Sequence record: DRR723986_27055
Length of the DNA: 37,438 nucleotides
Direction: 5' to 3' (one strand)
A program made the position numbers and the translations under genes. Under the pieces are notes generated by a model, which saw only the letters and a list, made by a program, of their open reading frames with translations, made no database searches and was not told the origin of the DNA. Shown here piece after piece: positions 7,464 to 17,778 of the stretch; position 1 is the stretch's first letter; every line of letters starts with the position of its first letter.

Positions 7464-8804
7464 TTAGTTACTAGCTACACTTTTGGGCTTTGTGTCTACT
7501 TTGGTCCAGATGAATTCTGCTAATTCTCTTCCCTGGGTGATTCCGTATTCGATCGCTGGTCTATAGTGAATCCCTCCATAAAACCTGCTCAATGCAGCTT
7601 CTTCTGCGGCTTGAGAAAAAGAGTCATATTCCCTAACTGGTAAGCCGTAGGCTACTTCAGAACTATCAACAATGTGAAACTCATCACCAAATAAATGAGC
7701 TAAGGTATAAGCAGCCGCTGCCGATGCTACACTATGGCCGCTGGTATGCTCTGGGAATGGTGGTGTTTGCAAAAGCGGTACCCATTGTTCATCTATATGT
7801 TGATTGATGTAGGTCTCTGGTCTGATCAAATTGCTTCTGTATTTTTCATCCCAGCAGGAAATAAAAGCTTCATTTAGTGAAATAGCAGTCAGTGCTAGTG
7901 CTTCTGCTGTCTCTTTCCAATCTTTCTTTGCAGCTTTAGAGACAATTGCAGCGATGCTCATCCAGTGACCACCCGGTGTGATTTTCTTTTCTGCAAACAT
8001 CACATGACCTTTTACATTCATTTTGTAGGGATTGCAATCCCAAAATAGGGCAATGTTTTTTTGTTCTTGAGTAGCACCTTTATCCATGTCATATACTTCT
8101 TTGGCTACTCTGAAAAATTCACTTTCAGGATCTGTAGAAAAAGGAGGAGGGGGTAAGGGGCTGAATTGGGAAGCTGAGTCCAAGACGAAGGTTCTGATTT
8201 TATTCCAATGCGGTTCAATCGCCTCCATGTATGCAGGGGGAGTTGGCTGCCAAGTTCCTTCTTCTTCCGTTACGGTGAATTTTGGGAAAGATCGACTTTG
8301 GTGGTAATTGTCTTTTGATGAATATGCTTTAATTACGTCTCCCACTTCTTTGCCGTAGGCAATAGATGCTTCAAAAACATCCTCTGGGATACCCTTTGCT
8401 TTCAGGTTTTTATAGGTTGCATCCCTGTGCTCATTCATTAATTCTTCGGAAAAGATCAAGCCCGTTCCAACATAATAATAAGCTGCAAGCGAAGCTAGTG
8501 GTGGGTACACCTTTTCAGATGGTGTGAAAGTTACTTTCTCCGAACCATTTAATTGCCCAAGAAGGGACTCAGAATTGGGGTCAACTGATGCGGCTACTTC
8601 ATAAGCCGCCAAAGAGGCATAGCTGTAGATTCTTGCTGCCACTGGTGGAGAGAAAATGTCATGAATAATCACTTCTGTGATTTTTTCCTGAGCTTCACTT
8701 ATATAGTGTCCATCAGTGATGGCTTGGGAGTAATCGGCTTGTTCTGCGCATGAAGCTGCAATCAGGAGTAAGCCTGAAAAGAGCATGAATTTAACGGTAC
8801 GCAT
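7464..8804 (-). CDS. Vanadium-dependent haloperoxidase / PAP2-superfamily lipoprotein
   Basis: Lipobox AASC. The three PAP2/VHPO motifs are K-x6-RP (KYRSNLIRP), PPFPEHTSGHS and SRFYGGIHY; TPGGHW is also present. Confidence 0.88.
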   Translation of the reverse strand: MRTVKFMLFSGLLLIAASCAEQADYSQAITDGHYISEAQEKITEVIIHDIFSPPVAARIYSYASLAAYEVAASVDPNSESLLGQLNGSEKVTFTPSEKVYPPLASLAAYYYVGTGLIFSEELMNEHRDATYKNLKAKGIPEDVFEASIAYGKEVGDVIKAYSSKDNYHQSRSFPKFTVTEEEGTWQPTPPAYMEAIEPHWNKIRTFVLDSASQFSPLPPPPFSTDPESEFFRVAKEVYDMDKGATQEQKNIALFWDCNPYKMNVKGHVMFAEKKITPGGHWMSIAAIVSKAAKKDWKETAEALALTAISLNEAFISCWDEKYRSNLIRPETYINQHIDEQWVPLLQTPPFPEHTSGHSVASAAAAYTLAHLFGDEFHIVDSSEVAYGLPVREYDSFSQAAEEAALSRFYGGIHYRPAIEYGITQGRELAEFIWTKVDTKPKSVASN

Positions 8805-8928
8805 ATTTTAGGATTTAATTTTGTGGTTTTATTGGGATGGAAATCCTTGCTCTCTTTGGTTTTACGGATTTCTTTTTGACCTGTTCGGGCGTCAAAGCTA
8901 TTGGAAATTAAGTAACTATCAAAAGGTT

Positions 8929-11900
8929 TCAGTCTAGAGCTATCCAATAGAGAGGCCCCGAATTACTTGCTGCAAGGCCAAAATGACTCGTTCCTACTTT
9001 GATTTTTTTAATAATTCGAATTTCGGACTTCAACAGAATATCATTTTGAAATAAGGTCTCATTCCAGCCATTTGGAGACCATTGGAAGGATATGAAGGGG
9101 GCTGCGGTGTTCCTACCCAGGTCTACTCTAAAATCTACAAAGTTACCACCAAGTAGGATTGCCTTCTCAGACTCTGACCAAGAAACAGAGAAAATAGGGG
9201 AAAGTTGGGCTTGATCTGGAAAGGGATCAAATATAAAACTTCCATCAGTTTGCTGCAGGTAGGCTCCTGAGCGAAATTCATATACAGCATGTTTCGAGGA
9301 CTTTTCCAGCACTTCCTCTGAGAAAAGATCTCCTGGGCTTGACAACGCTGCATATTGTTGGTAGGAGCTATGTTTTTTCTTTATTCCTGGAATCTGCTTC
9401 ATCAAATCGTCCCGAGTAGCAAAAGGCACCAGGCGATCTCCCATGTAGTGAAAGATTAAAGGATCAGCCTGACCATTTTCGTCAAAATCTCCATGATATA
9501 GCCAAAGCGGTTTCTCAACACTGGCTTTCAATTTGGAATTCAATCCAAGATTCCCTGTCAGAATATCCAAAGTTCCATCTCCATTTATATCAGCAACAGA
9601 AAGACTTTGAATCCAACCGGCAGAATATTCTAGCCCATTGACCTTTCTTTCTTTAAGGGATTTACCATCATTATTTTCGAAAACCCGTATTCCCTGCCAG
9701 TCTCCTGTGAGGATCAATTCTCTTTCTCCGTTTGCATTGAGATCAGCCCATACAGCTGAGTTAATCATTCCTAATTCAGTAGATGCGCCAAACCATTCTT
9801 TGGTCTTATCTATGAACATTCCGTTGCCTTGGTTGATCAGCAATGCGCTTTTGGGCGTAGCACCATAATCTCCGCTAACCACAGAACTGCCTACGAAAAT
9901 ATCCAGATCTCCATCTGCGTCTACATCGTGAATAGCTATGGTGGAGGTATTTTCTCCAATTTTAGGAAGTGCCATCGGATTAAACTGAAAGTCTCCTTTG
10001 CCATTTCCATAAAATATGCGATCAAAGTTGAATAGCGCACCGCTTTTATAATCATTTCCACCACTTCCTACATATAAGTCAAGATTCCCATCACCATTCA
10101 AGTCTGCAAACTCTGCAACAATATCTTCTGCCTTGGCTAGCTGCTCGAAGACAATGTTTTCCTTTTCAACAAATTCTCCATCGGGAAGTTGGAGGAAAAG
10201 TGCACCTGGCTGATCCAAGGCTCCGCCTACGTAAAAATCATCCAAACCGTCATTATTAACATCACCAACAGCTAAAGAAGGCCCCATGCTTGCAAAGCTT
10301 TTTGGAGTCAGATACTCTCGTTTAGTTTCATCGATATTATTTTTTTCCTGGTGTACCCATCGCACATCAGGGAATGAGTTTTCTTGGAGATTCTTGCTTT
10401 CTGTGATGATGTATGGTTTTCCAGTGCCTTGGGTTAGGGTATAAGTTTGGTCGATTGAGTCTACTTGAAAAATCTCACTAGCACCACTTGGCCAAGCTAC
10501 GTACAGGGAATCTATTGATTGTGCTTTTCCCAAGCCAAAAACCAACGTGGAGGAAGTACCTGACATGAATCCTCGGCTTCCAGAATATTGTTGGAAAATA
10601 GAATTGCCATTATAATAAACTCCAACTTTGGCTCCCATACCTAGAGGGTTATTTCCTTTGCCTGCTAGATTGATTCGGAGAAAAGAATTGCCTGATTTTT
10701 CAGCGTGATTTTGATAGATAAATGGAGGTTGATTTAGGTTATTGATGATCAAATCCAGATCGCCATCATTGTCCAAATCAGCATAAGTTGAGCCATTTGA
10801 GTAACTAGGTTGATCCAAGCCCCATATCCTGGATTGATCTTCAAATTTCAATCCTCCTTTATTTCTAAAACTGAGATTTGGGAGTTTTACAGTTGGAAGC
10901 ATCTCAATTTGCTTTCGGCGAAGCTCAGTCATGCTCAAATTTGGCTCTGCTTGCTGACTGTATTGAATGAAATCAAGATCATTTGGGCGCTTTTCAATTC
11001 CATTAGTGATATGAATATCAGGTAATCCGTCATTATCCATGTCAAAAATCAAGGGAGACCAACTCCAGTCTGAAGCATGTACCCCAGAAAAAAGTGCGAT
11101 CTCACTGAAGCCTTCACTACCTTGGTTGAGTTGAAGATGGTTACGGACGTATTGATCGGAATACCCAAATTTCTTTTTAATCTGATACACTTCTTGCTTG
11201 TCTTCCCCCACGGATTTCATCCAAATCGCTGGATCTATCGGCAACATATCAGTTGTGAAAATTTCGGGTAATCCATCTCCATTTATATCAGCCAGATCAT
11301 TACCCATGCTGTACCTGCTGGTGCTTGAAATGAGGGTTTGTGCAGATTCTCTGAATGTACCATCCTGCTGGTTCAGGTAGAGGTAATCATTTTCGGTAAA
11401 GTCGTTGGAAACATAAATATCTTGCCAGCCATCTCCATTGATATCTTCTGTGCCGACTCCAAGTCCAAAACCCAGAATACTGGAATAAATTCCTGAAGCT
11501 TTCGTGACATCTTCGAATCCAATTTCTCCTTCGGAAGTCAAATTTTTAAATAGCTTATCACCCAAAGCATCAGGAATGTTTCTTTGATCAGCTTTCGCAA
11601 AAACCTCAGGAGATTTTACAGAATGAGTTAAGAGATACAGGTCCAAGTCTCCATCCCTATCGAAATCTAAAAATGCAGCTTGGGTGCCAAAGCCAATAAA
11701 ATCGACTCCATATTCCTCCGCTTTCTCTTCGAATTTGCTGTTGCCTAGATTGAGATATAGCCTGTTTCTGCCCAATAATCCTTTGTAATTCCCAATTTGG
11801 GAGACATAGATATCCAGCAAGCCATCGCCATTCACATCAGCCATACTTACTCCGGTAGACCAGCCACCGTTTCCACTTACTCCGGCAGACTCAGTAATGT

Positions 11901-12192
11901 CTTCAAACTGAAAATTGCCTTTGTTGAGGTAGAGGCGATTTGAAACTTGATTCCCTGCAAAATACAAATCCACCAAGCCATCATTGTTGATGTCTCCAGC
12001 AGCCACTCCGCCTCCATTATAGAAATACAAGTATTCAAGAATGTTCAGTGAGTCGGTTGAGGTGAGTGAGTTTTCAAACGTTATTCCGATCTGCTCATTC
12101 TCCATCAACTCAAAAAGTGTCTCTGTTTTTTTCTCCTGGCAAGAAAAAACAACTCCAAATCCAACCAGAAAGACAATTGATAATCTCCTCAT
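8929..12192 (-). CDS. FG-GAP/VCBS repeat + ASPIC/UnbV domain lipoprotein (CRTAC1-like)
   Basis: Many DxNxDGxxD calcium-binding repeats, YNGGGVAAGD and SDWSWSP motifs, and a central 'GAKV...RGFMSG...FGLG...V.WPSG' ASPIC/UnbV segment. ATG at 12192 gives the signal MRRLSIVFLVGFGVVFSC. Confidence 0.88.
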   Translation of the reverse strand: MRRLSIVFLVGFGVVFSCQEKKTETLFELMENEQIGITFENSLTSTDSLNILEYLYFYNGGGVAAGDINNDGLVDLYFAGNQVSNRLYLNKGNFQFEDITESAGVSGNGGWSTGVSMADVNGDGLLDIYVSQIGNYKGLLGRNRLYLNLGNSKFEEKAEEYGVDFIGFGTQAAFLDFDRDGDLDLYLLTHSVKSPEVFAKADQRNIPDALGDKLFKNLTSEGEIGFEDVTKASGIYSSILGFGLGVGTEDINGDGWQDIYVSNDFTENDYLYLNQQDGTFRESAQTLISSTSRYSMGNDLADINGDGLPEIFTTDMLPIDPAIWMKSVGEDKQEVYQIKKKFGYSDQYVRNHLQLNQGSEGFSEIALFSGVHASDWSWSPLIFDMDNDGLPDIHITNGIEKRPNDLDFIQYSQQAEPNLSMTELRRKQIEMLPTVKLPNLSFRNKGGLKFEDQSRIWGLDQPSYSNGSTYADLDNDGDLDLIINNLNQPPFIYQNHAEKSGNSFLRINLAGKGNNPLGMGAKVGVYYNGNSIFQQYSGSRGFMSGTSSTLVFGLGKAQSIDSLYVAWPSGASEIFQVDSIDQTYTLTQGTGKPYIITESKNLQENSFPDVRWVHQEKNNIDETKREYLTPKSFASMGPSLAVGDVNNDGLDDFYVGGALDQPGALFLQLPDGEFVEKENIVFEQLAKAEDIVAEFADLNGDGNLDLYVGSGGNDYKSGALFNFDRIFYGNGKGDFQFNPMALPKIGENTSTIAIHDVDADGDLDIFVGSSVVSGDYGATPKSALLINQGNGMFIDKTKEWFGASTELGMINSAVWADLNANGERELILTGDWQGIRVFENNDGKSLKERKVNGLEYSAGWIQSLSVADINGDGTLDILTGNLGLNSKLKASVEKPLWLYHGDFDENGQADPLIFHYMGDRLVPFATRDDLMKQIPGIKKKHSSYQQYAALSSPGDLFSEEVLEKSSKHAVYEFRSGAYLQQTDGSFIFDPFPDQAQLSPIFSVSWSESEKAILLGGNFVDFRVDLGRNTAAPFISFQWSPNGWNETLFQNDILLKSEIRIIKKIKVGTSHFGLAASNSGPLYWIALD

Positions 12193-12202
12193 TTCTACAC
12201 GC

Positions 12203-15200
12203 TCAATACTTCCAAATCTCAGCTTTAGCATTGTTTTTTACCACCAATATTTTGCCGTCTCCGAGTGATGAAAAAGCTCTGACGTCTCCCGCTAGTTTCA
12301 GTCCATTTTTAAAGTTTGGCCAATAATCAAACGTGCCATCTCCCTTACCTATCAGTACATCTCCATAGCTGGCATCGTATTTACCTACCTCAGGCTTAGC
12401 ATTGAAAAGATTTCCACCAAGTATCAAATCTTGGATTCCATCTCCATCGAGGTCAGAGACATGAATTGCAAATACATAGGACCTCTGAGCCATTCTTGGA
12501 AAAGGCTTCCAGGAGAATTTACCAGTTCCATTGTTCATCAAAACGCCTGACTCCAAGCTATTCAGTTCGTTTATGATGGACCTATCCAAAACTTCCTGAG
12601 GGAAAATGTCTGTGAGCGACTGGTTATTGTAATTGCTGTATCGCATGTACCGCTTTTTCACTGAAGGAATTTGTCGTTCAAGCTCATGCTTTAACGTGTA
12701 AGGAACTTGCACTTCCCCTTCCTGACGGGTGAAAATGTGTTCTATGGACCCATTTTGATCAAAGTCATTCAGATACATTCGGACAGGTGTACTATCAGAA
12801 ACCTTGAAACGTGAGTTCAATCCGTTATTTCCCAAAATCAAATCCGGAAGTCCATTGCCGTCCAAGTCTGCCACTTCCAGAGTTCTATACCAACCTTTGA
12901 GGTTTTCTAGCTCTGGCATCTCTATTTTTTGCAGTTTACCGCCTGTATTTTTGAAGAAAATAGGAGCTGTCCACTCCCCAACAAGAACAAGATCTTTCAA
13001 GCCGTCATTGTCCCAATCTACTACTTTGGCATCAGTAATCATTCCTATTTCTTTCAATTCGGGAGCGAACGTGGCTGTTTGGTCGCTGAAGTTTCCAATT
13101 CCATCATTAATCCAAATGCTGCTGTTTGCAGGTGCTCCATAGACAAAAGGGACAAGTCGACCGCCGACAAATAAATCGGGGGCTCCATCTTCATTGATAT
13201 CAAGAACTTGGACTACTGAGCTACTTACACGGTTTAAATTGAAACTTGATTGTTGACTTTTGGTGAAGTTACCTTTTCCGTCATTTAAGTATAATCTATC
13301 TGTAAGTTCAGGTGCTCCTAGTCCAGATTCGTTACCTCCAGATGCGACCAGCAAATCAAGCGTCCCATCTGCATTTGCATCAAAGAAAACAGCATCCATG
13401 TCTTCAGAAACAGCATCTTCTTCAAAAGTTGCTTGATTTGAGAACGTGTAATTTCCATCGCTAGATCCTATAAATAACTTCGCTGCAAATCCTTTTGCTC
13501 CACCAAAAAACAAATCATCAACGCCGTCTCCATTCACATCAGCTTTCGCAAAAGCTGGCCCTTCTGTAGAATACATATGAAATGTGAGACGATCCCGATC
13601 AAAATCCACCATGGGATTTTCCTTGTGTGTGAAATCAATATTTACCTTATCGTCCTGATGAAAAAAAGGTTCAGTCGGTTGCTCAAAGAAATACTCACCT
13701 TCTGCAAGAGGTTTGGATTCACTCCATTTGAGTGTAAGTAATTGATCCGCTAGGACGTTTTCAACGTGTGTGTAAGTTCCATCAGGCCATAAAACTTTGA
13801 CGTGATCTACTTTTTTAATTTTGCCAAGACCAATCGTCAATTTTGGATCTACAGAAGATTCAAAACCCCGGTTAGGCATTTGCTCTATATAGAAAATCTT
13901 ATCGCCAGCAAGGAGCTTCACTTGTGCTCCAATAGCTTGCGAGTTTTTATCTTTTCCGATCAGTTGTAGTTGCAGGGAATGGTTTTCAGGGAATAATTCT
14001 CTTCCTATGTTTTTGAATAAGGAAGGAGAATTGTTGACGTTGTTCACAATTAAATCAAGTGTACCATCATTATTCAAATCCCCATAGGCTCCTCCATTCG
14101 AATGAATGGCTTTTCCGAGCCCCCAAGCATCAGCTATATTTTCAAACTTTAAGTCCCCTAGATTTCTAAACGCGTAATTAGGGACAGGATTAATCGGGAT
14201 TGGATCAATCAGTGCTTTATAATTAACGCCTTCCTGAGAGATGATTTTGCTTTTGGTTGCGTCATCATCTATGAAGTTAAGGTAATCTAAATCAGTAATG
14301 TCTTGATAGATTCCATTAGCGACAAACAAATCTCGCCTGCCGTCATTGTCCATGTCAAAAATCAAGGCTCCCCAGCTCCAGTCGGTAGCTTCCATATTGG
14401 CAAGCCTGCCCATTTCACTGAAAGTTCCATCTCCATTATTGATGTGGAGCATGTTTCGGGAAAATTGGTAGTGGTATCCGTGAGTTTTGTTGAATTTAAA
14501 TTTATCCCAGTTTTCAAAAGTGGTTATTTGCTTCAGGCGTTGTTGTGGCTCGGGAAGCATATCTGTGACAAAAATATCCAGCATTCCATCCCCATTGATG
14601 TCAGCTATATCTGCACCCATAGAAGCAGCAGAAATGGAGCGCATGGCTGTTTCCAATGATTCGGTAAAAGTACCGTCTTGATTGTTGATGTAGAGGTAAT
14701 CCTTCTCAAAGAAGTCATTGGAAATGAAAATATCAGGCCAAGAATCCTGATTAACGTCTCCTATGGTTATCCCGAGTCCAAAACCTATTAGGGAACCATA
14801 GATTCCCGCTTCTTCGCTTACATCTATGAATTTGCCATTATCATTCCTGAACAGCTTATCACCTCCAACTGCATCCCTTTTTGGTCGCTCATTTTGCATT
14901 TTATTGAAGCTACCGATAGCTTGATAGCTGTTGTTTAGCAAGTAAACATCCAGGTCACCATCTTTATCATAATCGAAAAAAACGGCGTGAGTAGAAAAGC
15001 CCTGATCTGCTAAACCATAGATTTCAGCTTCTTCGGTGAAGGTGCCATCTCCTTGGTTGATAAATAGTTCATTCTGTTTATTGTCTCCGGCGATATCTCC
15101 AGAGTTACACACATATATATCCAGTTGGCCATCTCCATTTACATCTGCCATGGCTACCCCTGTACTCCAAGCTCTAGTCCCGGCAGTTCCTGATGCTTCC

Positions 15201-15502
15201 GTGACATCCTCAAATTTAAAATCGCCTTTGTTTAGGTAAAGTTTGTTAGGGCCTAAATTACCTGTGAAGTAGATATCCAATAATCCATCGTTATTTACAT
15301 CTCCTAGTGCTACGCCGCCTCCATTATAGAAATTTCGGTAGGTGAAAATATTGAACTCTTCATCAAATGGAAGGTCATTTCGAAAAGATATTCCAGCAGA
15401 AATAGGGTCTATGGACTGGAATAAAGTGGGAGATTCTTCTATTTTCTCGGCGCAAGAAGTAGCCAAAATAAAAATGAGGAATGTTAGTGTCTTACTGTTC
15501 AT
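12203..15502 (-). CDS. FG-GAP/VCBS repeat + ASPIC/UnbV domain lipoprotein (paralog of the downstream gene)
   Basis: Lipobox ATSC. Same architecture as the neighbour: YNGGGVALGDVNNDG, TDWSWG, 'AIGAQV...RGFESS...IGLG...VLWPDG', then a second FG-GAP array. Confidence 0.9.
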   Translation of the reverse strand: MNSKTLTFLIFILATSCAEKIEESPTLFQSIDPISAGISFRNDLPFDEEFNIFTYRNFYNGGGVALGDVNNDGLLDIYFTGNLGPNKLYLNKGDFKFEDVTEASGTAGTRAWSTGVAMADVNGDGQLDIYVCNSGDIAGDNKQNELFINQGDGTFTEEAEIYGLADQGFSTHAVFFDYDKDGDLDVYLLNNSYQAIGSFNKMQNERPKRDAVGGDKLFRNDNGKFIDVSEEAGIYGSLIGFGLGITIGDVNQDSWPDIFISNDFFEKDYLYINNQDGTFTESLETAMRSISAASMGADIADINGDGMLDIFVTDMLPEPQQRLKQITTFENWDKFKFNKTHGYHYQFSRNMLHINNGDGTFSEMGRLANMEATDWSWGALIFDMDNDGRRDLFVANGIYQDITDLDYLNFIDDDATKSKIISQEGVNYKALIDPIPINPVPNYAFRNLGDLKFENIADAWGLGKAIHSNGGAYGDLNNDGTLDLIVNNVNNSPSLFKNIGRELFPENHSLQLQLIGKDKNSQAIGAQVKLLAGDKIFYIEQMPNRGFESSVDPKLTIGLGKIKKVDHVKVLWPDGTYTHVENVLADQLLTLKWSESKPLAEGEYFFEQPTEPFFHQDDKVNIDFTHKENPMVDFDRDRLTFHMYSTEGPAFAKADVNGDGVDDLFFGGAKGFAAKLFIGSSDGNYTFSNQATFEEDAVSEDMDAVFFDANADGTLDLLVASGGNESGLGAPELTDRLYLNDGKGNFTKSQQSSFNLNRVSSSVVQVLDINEDGAPDLFVGGRLVPFVYGAPANSSIWINDGIGNFSDQTATFAPELKEIGMITDAKVVDWDNDGLKDLVLVGEWTAPIFFKNTGGKLQKIEMPELENLKGWYRTLEVADLDGNGLPDLILGNNGLNSRFKVSDSTPVRMYLNDFDQNGSIEHIFTRQEGEVQVPYTLKHELERQIPSVKKRYMRYSNYNNQSLTDIFPQEVLDRSIINELNSLESGVLMNNGTGKFSWKPFPRMAQRSYVFAIHVSDLDGDGIQDLILGGNLFNAKPEVGKYDASYGDVLIGKGDGTFDYWPNFKNGLKLAGDVRAFSSLGDGKILVVKNNAKAEIWKY

Positions 15503-16089
15503 GATGGATACTCTTCAAGCTGCTTTTGAATCTTCAGATCCACGATTTCTGCTCTCACTGTGGAAAGATTCTTCTTATAAATCCTAACTCGCCTGTTCCC
15601 GTCCATTTTTACAAAGACCACCTGCGAACCATCCTCGCTATTGACTTCTATAAAACCATCTCCATACCACTGCTCATACAATGCGACAACGTCTGCTCTG
15701 AGTTTTTCTACAGCTAAGTCTTCATTCCAGGGAGCCCATCCATCATAGGAATAATCTGCGGGCATCAAGTAAATTTTGTCTTGATCAAATTTAGGGTAAA
15801 AACGCATTTTTGTTGGAAGTCCTGATGGCATTTCCACCTTGTATTCTATAGAAAGTTCAGTTGGACCATTGAGCAAGATGCCTTCTTGATTCATTTTCCA
15901 GCACTTTTCATAAAAGGTCTTTTTTTCCATTCCCAGCTCTAATCCTAAAAATAGTTCGTTGAAGGTTTCGCCTGAAGCCAGTTCATTATCTTCCATTCTT
16001 TGATAATCAGATTTGCATGAAATACAACTTAGAAGTGCTACAATAAGAATGTGAGAGAAAAGGTACAGTTGTTTATGGATGGTCTTCAT
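15499..16089 (-). CDS. Hypothetical lipoprotein
   Basis: 196-aa ORF with a hydrophobic signal ending LLSCISC. Its stop overlaps the next start (ATGA, 15499-15502). Confidence 0.75.
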   Translation of the reverse strand: MKTIHKQLYLFSHILIVALLSCISCKSDYQRMEDNELASGETFNELFLGLELGMEKKTFYEKCWKMNQEGILLNGPTELSIEYKVEMPSGLPTKMRFYPKFDQDKIYLMPADYSYDGWAPWNEDLAVEKLRADVVALYEQWYGDGFIEVNSEDGSQVVFVKMDGNRRVRIYKKNLSTVRAEIVDLKIQKQLEEYPS

Positions 16090-16216
16090 GATTCGTAATA
16101 TATCGTTTGATAGATGAATTAGTAAATACCTAACGAATGGGGCTAAATAATTGAATTTGGGATATCCGGAGATTTCAATCTTTAAACCAGTAAGAATTTG
16201 CTTGGCAATTTAAGTG

Positions 16217-16249
16217 AAAAAAGGAAGTGCAGTAGTTGCACTTCCTTTT
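16217..16249 (-). terminator. Intrinsic terminator/attenuator after susD
   Basis: AAAAGGAAGTGCA-gtagt-TGCACTTCCTTTT, with a U-tract on the minus strand. Confidence 0.8.
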
Positions 16250-16271
16250 AATACTATCAAATAAGGGTTGT

Positions 16272-17759
16272 TTAATAACCTGGGTTCTGTACAAGATTGG
16301 GGTTGGCATTGATCTGCTGAAGTGGAATAGGGAAGATATTTCTGAAAGATTCAGAAGCTCCTTTTTCCCACCATGCTTGGCCAAACTTACCAAATCGTAT
16401 CATATCTGTTCTTCTGCTCGCTTCAGCAAACATTTCGAATCCTCTTTCATCATAGATCGAATCTAAAGTAATTTCTGTTAATGGGTCAAGACCCGCTCTT
16501 GTTCTTACTTGGTTCAATGCATCCAATGATTCAGCAACTTTTCCTTGTCTAAAAGCAGCTTCTGATTTAATCAAAATCATATCAGCCAAACGGAATAGTG
16601 GATAATCATTACTCAATTCCTGTCCTGCTCCAGGAGCGAATTCAAATTTCCCTACTCTAACACCAGCTTGTCTTAAAGCATTTGGAGCAAGCATGTTGAT
16701 TTGAGGAGTGAAGGTTAATGGTGCTCCATCAGGATCCGTAGCTTCAAAAGAAAGATCCTCTAAACGAGATCCATCAGAAGAGAATTGAGGACCAGCTATG
16801 AAACTTTGCTTTCTAACATCATTGTCATCGAAGTTATTGTAGAATTCTTCTAGAGAAGCATAACCATTCCAAGGTTGTGCACTTAGATCAAATGTGTTTT
16901 GATTCAAATAGTGCAAGGTCATCATAGCCAGGTTAAATCCTGCAGCATTATTCTCATCGTACGGAAGGGTGAGAATGTTTTCAGTGGAACCGCTATTTCT
17001 TGTCGCAAAGTTTGAAAAGAAGTTAGAGGTAAGAGAATATGGACCAGAAATAACTTCATTTGCAGCTTTTTCAGCATCAGCCCATCTCGCCGTTCCTGTG
17101 TATATTTCTGCATTCAAGTACAGCTTAGCAAGCATCGCATTGGCAGAATAATAATTCAAGGTAGTTCTCGTGTCTTCCTTAGGAAGTAGCGCGATGTTAT
17201 CCAAAATTGATTTCTCAATAAAATCAAATACCTCTTGACGAGAATTATTAGTTGGGTTTCCGCCAGTTGACTCCTCTGTGATGATAGGGACATTACCAAA
17301 CGAATCTAATAACCACAGGTATGGAAGTGCTCTCAATACCTTAAGTTCAGCTACCAGAAGTTCAACATCTGGAAATGAAATAATCAAGTTGTTGATTTCT
17401 CCAATCGCCGTGAAGCAATAATTCCAGGAGTTATTGAATGCGTCTTCTGAAGTACCCCACGTATGTCTGTGCATTCTCAACCAAATACCACCATCCTCCC
17501 AATCCGGACCTTTTTGAGGAATAGCCATTTCATCAGATGCGACTTCATTGATAGACCAAATACTATTATGACCACCCCAGCTCCCCACAATTCTGGAGTA
17601 AGCAGAAGCTTTAAGTACCTCTATTAGCTGAGGATTGTTGCTGTTTGCTACATCTTCTGGAGTCACACCGTCAAGTACTTCTTGCTCTAGTTCCCAGCAT
17701 GATCCCAGCAAGAAAAGCGCTGGAACCAATAGACAGATTTTACTTATATATTTTAACAT
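16272..17759 (-). CDS. susD: RagB/SusD family nutrient-binding outer membrane lipoprotein
   Basis: Lipobox LGSC and motifs SDE, FGNVP, LAKLYLN, FRLADMIL..SEA, LNQVRTRAG, ER..E...E..RR.D..RFG and FPIP..QNPGY. Confidence 0.96.
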   Translation of the reverse strand: MLKYISKICLLVPALFLLGSCWELEQEVLDGVTPEDVANSNNPQLIEVLKASAYSRIVGSWGGHNSIWSINEVASDEMAIPQKGPDWEDGGIWLRMHRHTWGTSEDAFNNSWNYCFTAIGEINNLIISFPDVELLVAELKVLRALPYLWLLDSFGNVPIITEESTGGNPTNNSRQEVFDFIEKSILDNIALLPKEDTRTTLNYYSANAMLAKLYLNAEIYTGTARWADAEKAANEVISGPYSLTSNFFSNFATRNSGSTENILTLPYDENNAAGFNLAMMTLHYLNQNTFDLSAQPWNGYASLEEFYNNFDDNDVRKQSFIAGPQFSSDGSRLEDLSFEATDPDGAPLTFTPQINMLAPNALRQAGVRVGKFEFAPGAGQELSNDYPLFRLADMILIKSEAAFRQGKVAESLDALNQVRTRAGLDPLTEITLDSIYDERGFEMFAEASRRTDMIRFGKFGQAWWEKGASESFRNIFPIPLQQINANPNLVQNPGY

Positions 17760-17778
17760 GTCTCTGTTTTTAAATTAA

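Noticed and set aside
8929-15502. Recurrent nucleotide similarity (e.g. CCATCTCCATT-like) suggesting a repeat array or CRISPR
   Set aside because: Explained by coding DxNGDG FG-GAP repeats. There is no constant repeat-spacer periodicity and no cas genes.
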